DNA from: Candidatus Micrarchaeia archaeon
GTDB taxonomy: Archaea; Micrarchaeota; Micrarchaeia; Micrarchaeales; CABMGC01
Assembly: GCA_049964835.1 (NCBI GenBank)
Contig: JBMFWW010000017.1
Coordinates: forward strand, 1-12,786
Length of the DNA stretch: 12,786 bases
Direction: 5' to 3'
In this document: positions 1 to 5,866 of the stretch, piece by piece
How positions within the stretch are numbered: position 1 is the stretch's first letter
How the letters are laid out: every line of letters starts with the position of its first letter
Notes under the pieces: model-generated
What the model was told of the DNA's origin: nothing
What the model saw: the letters and a program-made list of their open reading frames with translations, nothing else
Database searches by the model: none
Program-made: the position numbers and the translations under genes

Positions 1-250
1 CTGAGAGATTTGCGCCTGAGAGATTTGCATCTGTTAGGTCTGCACCTGAGAGGTTTGCGTTTGAAAGATTAAACTCTGCAAAATTTCTTTCGCCTGCTTT
101 GTATAATTCTATTATTTCTTTCCTTCTGTATACCTTTTCCTTAACAACTTCTGTTCTCAATACGGACTTTAATTCTGTAGACTGTTTTCTTGTTTCAATT
201 TTTTTTCTGCCTTTGCTAGACCAACAGCTACATGAGATTTTGCTGCAGAT
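1..250 (-). CDS. Pentapeptide-repeat (RFR beta-helix) coding frame, running off the left window edge; start uncertain (TTG at 160, or -1 frameshift continuation of ORF 169-543)
   Basis: Manual translation of the minus frame, open from 250 (TAA at 251-253) to base 1: ...KIETRKQSTELKSVLRTEVVKEKVYRRKEIIELYKAGERNFAEFNLSNANLSGADLTDANLSGANLS. It has A(N/D)LSx pentapeptides and the typical 'Y.AGER.F' N-cap. No ATG in frame; absent from the ORF track. Confidence 0.88.
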   Translation of the reverse strand, partial: MCSKISCSCWSSKGRKKIETRKQSTELKSVLRTEVVKEKVYRRKEIIELYKAGERNFAEFNLSNANLSGADLTDANLSGANLS

Positions 251-543
251 TTATAAAGAGATAACTTTATTTTTTGTGAATAATTATTTGCTTCTTCCGA
301 TCTTCCTGAATTTACAAGATTAAAGGTTACATGTAACTGTGCTATTGATCGATTAACAACACTTTTTATCATGTCTGCTGAAGTCATCGCCTCATCTAAC
401 CTTCCTTCTTTTGCTAACTGAATATATTGTAAATTATCGAAATTACTACTGGCTATTTTTTCCCTTTTTCCATTATCCCTTAAGAAACTCTTTATATTAA
501 TATTGGATTTTTCTTGCACTGCATTCTGAACTAAATTTGGCAT
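169..543 (-). CDS. TPR-like helical repeat protein (33-aa period), probably the N-terminal half of a TPR-pentapeptide fusion
   Basis: LAKEGRLDEA..., LVNSGRSEEA... and LAKAE recur exactly 33 aa apart; ATG preceded by TTGAT-N6. Confidence 0.7.
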   Translation of the reverse strand: MPNLVQNAVQEKSNINIKSFLRDNGKREKIASSNFDNLQYIQLAKEGRLDEAMTSADMIKSVVNRSIAQLHVTFNLVNSGRSEEANNYSQKIKLSLYKSAAKSHVAVGLAKAEKKLKQENSLQN

Positions 544-577
544 AATAACATCAAAGAGTAAGGTATGTATTTTTTAG

Positions 578-590
578 ATATATATATATA
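578..590. repeat. (AT)6 microsatellite in the promoter region of ORF 169-543
   Basis: ATATATATATATA read directly; about 35-47 nt upstream of the ATG at 543. Confidence 0.6.
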
Positions 591-596
591 CTTAAT

Positions 597-1079
597 CTAA
601 TTTCTTTTTTTTGTAGTATTTATTGAACTTTTTATTAATTTTTCTATTTTGCCCTTATTAATGAATATATTTTTATACAATTTTTCATTAAAAATATCGC
701 TAAGATTTGCCCAACGATATTTACTGTTCTCAATACTTAATTTTATTAGAGTTGTATTTGAAAAGAATATGAAAAGATAATTATACCAACATTTTTTACT
801 TCTTGATTCGAAGATTAAAATTTTTATTGGTTTTTTTAAAAGAATAAGGGTGTCTTTTTTTAATCCTGTTTCTTCTTTAATTTCACGATATGCTGCATCG
901 ATGTATTTTTCATTTTTCTTTTTACCACCAAAAAGAAAAGACCACAATCCGGGATTTTGTATTACTGGAATGTTTCTTCTCTTTAATAATAAAATTTTTT
1001 TGTTTTTATTATTTATAATTATTGCTGCTATTCCGGGATAATTTTTTAATTTAAAGTTTCTAATATTTAGTTTATCCAT
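597..1079 (-). CDS. Nudix hydrolase (substrate unknown)
   Basis: Perfect Nudix box GX5EX7REUXEEXGU: G-GKKKN-E-KYIDAAY-RE-I-K-EE-T-GL; upstream 'ILLLKRR...PGLWS' and downstream 'E.SKYRW' are typical of the fold. Confidence 0.92.
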   Translation of the reverse strand: MDKLNIRNFKLKNYPGIAAIIINNKNKKILLLKRRNIPVIQNPGLWSFLFGGKKKNEKYIDAAYREIKEETGLKKDTLILLKKPIKILIFESRSKKCWYNYLFIFFSNTTLIKLSIENSKYRWANLSDIFNEKLYKNIFINKGKIEKLIKSSINTTKKRN

Positions 1080-1143
1080 TAAATCTATATCTCATTTAAT
1101 TTAGTTATTAGACAACATTAATATCTAAATAATAAGTATGTTG

Positions 1144-1159
1144 ATTTTGATATCAAAAT
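1144..1159. promoter_or_regulatory. Perfect 16-bp palindrome, candidate transcription-factor operator upstream of the Nudix gene
   Basis: ATTTTGATATCAAAAT is its own reverse complement; further half-sites ATATCAAAA (1164-1172) and TTTGATA (1182-1188). Confidence 0.4.
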
Positions 1160-1524
1160 TCTAATATCAAAAATATAATTCTTTGATAAGATAAAAAATT
1201 AAATCTAATTTTAAAAAGGCATTGAAATAATAAGAATAAGAATGTTTGTTTAGCCGCAAAAACAATTAAGATCTCAAAATAATTTCTTAAAAAGTAAATT
1301 TTTAAATCCTTAAACAATTGTTAGATCAAGTATGTTTTATTTTTAATAAAACGGCCTTAAGAAAAAGCTATGAAAGCTGTACTTAAATTCTGTTAAACGT
1401 TAATCCTTATTCACTAGTATTATGTACTAACTATTATTTATAATAGTAGTAAAGTAGTAAACAAACAAAAATTTAGGAACTTGACCTTTACATTCATTCA
1501 CCTCGTCAATTTCAAAAATTACCC

Positions 1525-1869
1525 TTAATAACTAATAAGATAACCGAGAATGCAAGAAAACACATAAATTTTCACTTTTTTTATTCCAATAACTCTATTG
1601 TTTCTGAGACCAAATTTTTCTTTTAATCTTGAGAAAAAGCGTTCTACAGCCCATCGCTTTCCATAATCTTTGTCTTTTGGTATTGAAGATTTAAACTTTC
1701 TTCTTCCGTTTGATGCAATTACTGAAATTATATTATTTTCTTTCAGTTCATCTTTTATCCGTGCAGCATCCATTGCTGAATCTGCAAGATATTTTGATTC
1801 AAATCCAAACGTGAACCGCTGTTTTGCATGCATAAAAAGAGGTCTAAAAAATTTTGAGTCATGAACAGA
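1525..1869 (-). pseudogene. 5'-truncated IS5/IS4-like DDE transposase (C-terminal catalytic half)
   Basis: The frame extends upstream of the called ATG (1833) to SVHDSKFFRPLF (cf. 'ANVHD'), then YLADSAMD (cf. 'ADxxYD', second catalytic Asp) and YGKRWAVERFFSRLK (Y-R-E-K signature). The N-terminal part with the first Asp is absent and replaced by low-complexity sequence. Confidence 0.85.
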
Positions 1870-1897
1870 AAAAAAGAAGAAGAGAAAAAAGAAGAAG
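1867..1897 (+). repeat. Imperfect tandem purine repeat at the transposase breakpoint
   Basis: AG-A7-GAAGAAG (1867-1882) followed directly by AG-A6-GAAGAAG (1883-1897). Confidence 0.6.
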
Positions 1898-2072
1898 GTT
1901 AAAAAAAGCTTAAAAGATTGTTGAGCTTAATTTTAATTAGATTCAATAAAATAGAAATTTTGATTTCTGCGATATTAAAACAGTCAGTAAGTTGATGTAG
2001 GTTTATTAGACAAATAACTAACTAGGGTATATGTATATTAATATTCTTAATTAAAAGTTTTATTTGATTTAT

Positions 2073-3122
2073 ATGGCAGGTATTATAGGTTACGGAGTTC
2101 ACATACCACGCTATAGGATAAAGGTAGAAGAGATAGCTAAAGTATGGAATGAGGATTCTGAAAGCATTAAGAAAGGCTTAAACATAACGGAAAAAAGTGT
2201 TCCATCTATAGATGAGGATGCAGCAACAATAGCTGTTGAGGCTGCAAGAAGGGCAATAAAACATAGTGGCATACATTCAAAGGAACTAGGTGCCATATAT
2301 GTTGGTTCGGAGTCGCATCCATACGCAGTAAAACCTACCTCAACAATAGTTTCCCAAGCAATAAGCGCAGGAAATAAATTAACAGCGGCAGATTTAGAGT
2401 TTGCATGTAAGGCAGGCACTGCAGGAATACAGATGTGTTCAGGTCTTGTAGATAGTAAGATGATAAATTATGGTATGGCAATAGGAAGTGATACTTCGCA
2501 AGGAAGACCGGGAGACGCATTAGAGTATACTGCAAGCGCAGGAGGTGCAGCGTTCATAATAGGAAATAAAAAAGAGGAGTATGTAGCAGAGATACTTAAA
2601 ACAACAAGTTATACCTCTGATACACCAGATTTTTGGAGAAGAGAGGGTGCATCATTTCCGTCTCATGGTGGTAGATTTACAGGAGAACCTGCATACTTTA
2701 AGCATATAACAAGCGCTACTAAACAGTTATTTGAGATTACAGGTTTTAAACCATCTGACTTTACTTACGCGGTTTTTCATCAGCCAAATGGTAAGTTTCC
2801 GATAAATGTTTCAAAGATACTTGGATTCGAAGAGAAACAAATTAAAGATGGATTGTTAACACCGATGATAGGAAATACTTATTCTGGAGCTTCGATGTTA
2901 GGTCTCGCTGCAGTTCTTGATGTTGCAAAACCAGGTGAAAAAATACTTTTAACAAGTTTCGGATCTGGTGCAGGCAGCGATTCTTTTGCAATAGAAGTAA
3001 ATGATAAAATACTTGAAAAAAGAGTTAGAAGTGAACTCGTAAGGAGTATAATTAATGATAGAAAAATTTACATTAATTACTCAATATACCTTAAGAATAG
3101 AGGAGGAATTAAAAAAGGGTGA
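2073..3122 (+). CDS. hmgS: Hydroxymethylglutaryl-CoA synthase, archaeal type
   Basis: [14 protein letters not shown] start; catalytic Glu in [12 protein letters not shown], Cys in FACKAG, His in [15 protein letters not shown] and SFGSGAGSD motifs. ATG 2073 (preceded by TTGAT) preferred over TTG 2064. Confidence 0.97.
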   Translation: MAGIIGYGVHIPRYRIKVEEIAKVWNEDSESIKKGLNITEKSVPSIDEDAATIAVEAARRAIKHSGIHSKELGAIYVGSESHPYAVKPTSTIVSQAISAGNKLTAADLEFACKAGTAGIQMCSGLVDSKMINYGMAIGSDTSQGRPGDALEYTASAGGAAFIIGNKKEEYVAEILKTTSYTSDTPDFWRREGASFPSHGGRFTGEPAYFKHITSATKQLFEITGFKPSDFTYAVFHQPNGKFPINVSKILGFEEKQIKDGLLTPMIGNTYSGASMLGLAAVLDVAKPGEKILLTSFGSGAGSDSFAIEVNDKILEKRVRSELVRSIINDRKIYINYSIYLKNRGGIKKG

Positions 3123-3126
3123 GTGT

Positions 3127-4290
3127 TTGAGAGATGTAGCAATAATAGGAGTAGGATTAACAAGATTTGGAGAACGCTGGGAGCACGGAATGCGTGAGCT
3201 CATGGCAGAGGCAGGAATAAAAGCAATAACCGATGCAAATATAAGTAGCAAGGATGTTGAGATAGTTTATGGAAGTACTATGGCATCTGGCAGATTTGTA
3301 GGACAAGAGCATATGGCAGCATTACTATCAGATCAATTAGGATTAAAAAATATACCAGCAGTAAGAATTGAAAATGCATGCGCAAGTGGGGGCAGTGCTT
3401 TAAGACAGGGTTATATGGCAGTAGCTAGTGGTATGCATGATATAGTAGTTGTTGGTGGCGTAGAAAAAATGACAGATGTAACTACATCAGAAGCCACTAC
3501 AGCATTAGGTGGAGCTGGAGATCAAGAATGGGAGCTAAGCCAAGGAATAACCTTTCCAGGATTATACGCACTTATGGCTAAAAGACATATGCATGAGTAT
3601 GGTACTACTGAAGAGCAACTAGCAAGCGTAGCAGTTAAGAATCATGAAAATGCCTCTAAGAATGAGTATGCTCAATTTAGAAAGCCAATATCAATAGAAG
3701 ATGTACTAAGATCTAAGATAGTAGCTGAACCACTTAAAGTGTTTGACTGCTCGCCAATATCTGATGGGGCAGCAGTTGTGATACTTGCGCCATTAGATAT
3801 AGCTAAAAAGTACAACGACACTCCAATAAAGATACTGGCTAGTTCGCAGGCTAGCGACACGCTAGGCTTATCCGAAAGAGAGTCGCTAACTGAGCTCAAA
3901 GCGACGAAGATTGCGGCTAGCAATGCGTACAAAACAGCAAAGCTTACCCCAAAAGACATAAATGTTGTTGAGGTACATGACTGTTTCACAATAGCGGAGA
4001 TACTAGCTATGGAGGATCTGGGCTTCTACGAAAAGGGCAAGGCAGCATCTGCCATATATAATGGAGAAACAAAACTTAATTCTAAGCTTTCAGTAAATAC
4101 GAGTGGAGGTCTTAAAGGCTGTGGACATCCCGTAGGTGCAACAGGAATAAAGCAGGCTGTTGAGATAACCATGCAGTTAAGAGGTGAAGCAAAGGATAGA
4201 CAGGTTACAAATGCTGAGATAGGAATGACCCATAATGTTGGAGGAAGTGGAGCTACAGCTGTAGTCCACATAATGAAACGTATAAATTAG
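3127..4290 (+). CDS. Acetyl-CoA C-acetyltransferase (archaeal acetoacetyl-CoA thiolase)
   Basis: ENACASG (nucleophilic Cys), EVHDCF, GHPVGATG and HNVGGSG motifs. The likely start is TTG 3127 (MRDVAIIGVG) behind SD-like GGGTGA at 3117-3122, not the overlapping ATG 3055. Confidence 0.96.
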   Translation: MRDVAIIGVGLTRFGERWEHGMRELMAEAGIKAITDANISSKDVEIVYGSTMASGRFVGQEHMAALLSDQLGLKNIPAVRIENACASGGSALRQGYMAVASGMHDIVVVGGVEKMTDVTTSEATTALGGAGDQEWELSQGITFPGLYALMAKRHMHEYGTTEEQLASVAVKNHENASKNEYAQFRKPISIEDVLRSKIVAEPLKVFDCSPISDGAAVVILAPLDIAKKYNDTPIKILASSQASDTLGLSERESLTELKATKIAASNAYKTAKLTPKDINVVEVHDCFTIAEILAMEDLGFYEKGKAASAIYNGETKLNSKLSVNTSGGLKGCGHPVGATGIKQAVEITMQLRGEAKDRQVTNAEIGMTHNVGGSGATAVVHIMKRIN

Positions 4291-4297
4291 TGATAAA

Positions 4298-4693
4298 ATG
4301 GAAAAAGCATCTGCAAGCGCATGGAGAAAGTTCAATTCTAGATATAATCTTGTTGGAACGCTTTGCAAAAATTGCAACGCAAAGTACTTTCCGCCAAGGA
4401 TAATCTGCAAGAATTGCGGAAGAAATACAAAAATGGAGGATATCAAGTTTTCAGGCAACGGCGAAATCTTTTCATTTACAAAGATACATGTACCTGCTGA
4501 AGCATTCAAGGAAAATGCGCCTTATGTTGTAGGAGTAATAAAACTTGAAGAAGGCCCTATGGTAGAAGGCCATATTGTTGAGAGTGGCAATGAACCGAAG
4601 ATAGGAGCAAAAGTAAAACAGGTATTTAGAAAGATGTATCAAGATGGAGAAGAAGGTCTTATCACATACCATTTCAAATTTGAAATGATCTAA
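4298..4693 (+). CDS. DUF35 family Zn-ribbon/OB-fold scaffold protein of the thiolase-HMG-CoA synthase complex
   Basis: CKNC...YFPPR.ICKNC zinc ribbon followed by an OB-fold pattern (GEIFSFT, PYVVGVIKLEEGP, VFRK, ITYHFKF); canonical position after the thiolase; GTGAT-N3-ATG. Confidence 0.95.
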   Translation: MEKASASAWRKFNSRYNLVGTLCKNCNAKYFPPRIICKNCGRNTKMEDIKFSGNGEIFSFTKIHVPAEAFKENAPYVVGVIKLEEGPMVEGHIVESGNEPKIGAKVKQVFRKMYQDGEEGLITYHFKFEMI

Positions 4694-4694
4694 T

Positions 4695-4736
4695 TTTTTG
4701 ATCTTTCCTTCCGAGTTTTTCCTTTTTTATTTTTTA
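4695..4736 (+). terminator. Archaeal oligo-T terminator region of the mevalonate operon
   Basis: Several T5-T7 tracts directly after the DUF35 stop codon. Confidence 0.5.
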
Positions 4737-4813
4737 AAATATTTTTATTTAATTTATTTAAATTGTATTTAAACTATTTGCGTTTTAGTCTCTTACTCTT
4801 TTTTCTTTTTGTA

Positions 4814-5641
4814 TTAACTTTTTGAAAAAAGGGCAGCAACTATTCCATATAGTACAGAAACATTACCTGAATCTATTAGAGATATTTCCAAATTTTTAAG
4901 ATACTCTTCTGCTGCTTTAAATGATTCTGCAAATAATTTTAACATTGCAATTGAAATTATTGCTTCTGGCATTATTATCTTTTTATCGTTTGATACATAA
5001 AATATGCCTTCTTTTGTTTTTGGAATTCGTGATGAAAGTAACTGCAATGTTTTTTTCCCTTTTTCTACGTTACCAAGCATAGAATCTGCTACACCTTTCA
5101 TTGAATTCATAAAGGTTTGTATAACTAACTGATCGTTTGTACTGGTATAAAGTCCATCCTTTTTAGTATAGCCCTTTAGAGCTAATAATCTCTCAGATTC
5201 TTTCTTGTTATTTTTTAAATTTTCGAGAATAGCTACAGTAACATCCGATACAGAATTTTTAACATCTTTATTTAAACTTAATGGATAAGTACCACCCTCC
5301 ATTTTGATTTCATGGATTAAATTTAAAACTCTAGTTGAATTTTTACTATCAGAACACAATTCAGATAAAACTCCTATTAATGCATTTGAATAGATATAAG
5401 AATCATCTTGTCCGTTTAGTCTATAGAGACCATATTTATCGAGATAAAAGTTTTTTTCTAATGATTTATAAATTTTTAATGATGCGTCTTTATAGTATTT
5501 TTTCTTTGCAATAACACTAAAATTTGATATTGATTTTTCTTCATCAATACTCTGTCTTAAAGATTTAGTAAGAAGTTCATCTTTTGTTTCTACATCTTTA
5601 TTTGAACCAACAACTTTAACTGGCATAATTTTCATTTCCAT
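4814..5641 (-). CDS. Hypothetical protein with ~46-aa helical-hairpin repeats (alpha/alpha toroid-like)
   Basis: 275-aa ORF with SD-like GGTGGG upstream; G-[LTI]-[YF] motifs at residues 71, 117, 163 and 212, each followed by a hydrophobic helix. Confidence 0.75.
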   Translation of the reverse strand: MEMKIMPVKVVGSNKDVETKDELLTKSLRQSIDEEKSISNFSVIAKKKYYKDASLKIYKSLEKNFYLDKYGLYRLNGQDDSYIYSNALIGVLSELCSDSKNSTRVLNLIHEIKMEGGTYPLSLNKDVKNSVSDVTVAILENLKNNKKESERLLALKGYTKKDGLYTSTNDQLVIQTFMNSMKGVADSMLGNVEKGKKTLQLLSSRIPKTKEGIFYVSNDKKIIMPEAIISIAMLKLFAESFKAAEEYLKNLEISLIDSGNVSVLYGIVAALFSKS

Positions 5642-5717
5642 TTAACCCACCATTTTTACCAATTCCCCATTAGTATTGGAACGGAAAATAATTTATAACT
5701 ATTTATTATATTTAGAT

Positions 5718-5828
5718 TTAGTTTATTTTTGATTTCTTTTTGCCAGATTTAGTTGCATTTAATTTTTTAAATGGATTCTCCATTCCTTTAAAAACTATTA
5801 TTGCTGCTTTTTTCTTTTTAACTTCCAT
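5718..5828 (-). CDS. Small Lys-rich protein, 36 aa (MEVKKKKAAIIVFKGMENPFKKLNATKSGKKKSKIN)
   Basis: ATG 5828 to TAA 5718; fills the gap between two co-oriented genes; TTTAAATA box 22 nt upstream of the ATG; below the ORF-track length cut-off. Confidence 0.55.
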   Translation of the reverse strand: MEVKKKKAAIIVFKGMENPFKKLNATKSGKKKSKIN

Positions 5829-5850
5829 AATAAGTTATGCGAATATATAG

Positions 5851-5858
5851 TATTTAAA
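5851..5858 (-). promoter_or_regulatory. TATA box for a putative leaderless transcript of the small ORF
   Basis: TTTAAATA on the minus strand centred about 26 nt upstream of ATG 5828, the expected archaeal leaderless geometry. Confidence 0.45.
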
Positions 5859-5866
5859 ACTAATGC

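Noticed and set aside
1..60. 15-nt periodic DNA repeats (CTGAGAGATTTGC) suggesting a CRISPR array or tandem repeat
   Set aside because: Fully explained by pentapeptide-repeat coding (ANLSG units); there are no unique spacers.
1438..1504. Minus-strand GAGGTGA followed by a 19-aa hydrophobic ORF (MNVKVKFLNFCLFTTLLLL)
   Set aside because: The SD abuts the ATG with no spacer and the ORF is very short in T-rich DNA; more likely IS-end or intergenic sequence.
3055..3126. Apparent 68-nt overlap of thiolase with HMG-CoA synthase
   Set aside because: Artefact of longest-ORF calling; the family-typical start MRDVAIIG at TTG 3127 has an SD-like site and removes the overlap.
5642..5670. Tiny upstream ORFs (MGNW*, MVG*) before the 275-aa gene
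   Set aside because: Three- and four-codon ORFs are expected by chance; the second overlaps the SD-like GGTGGG, and nothing indicates regulation.
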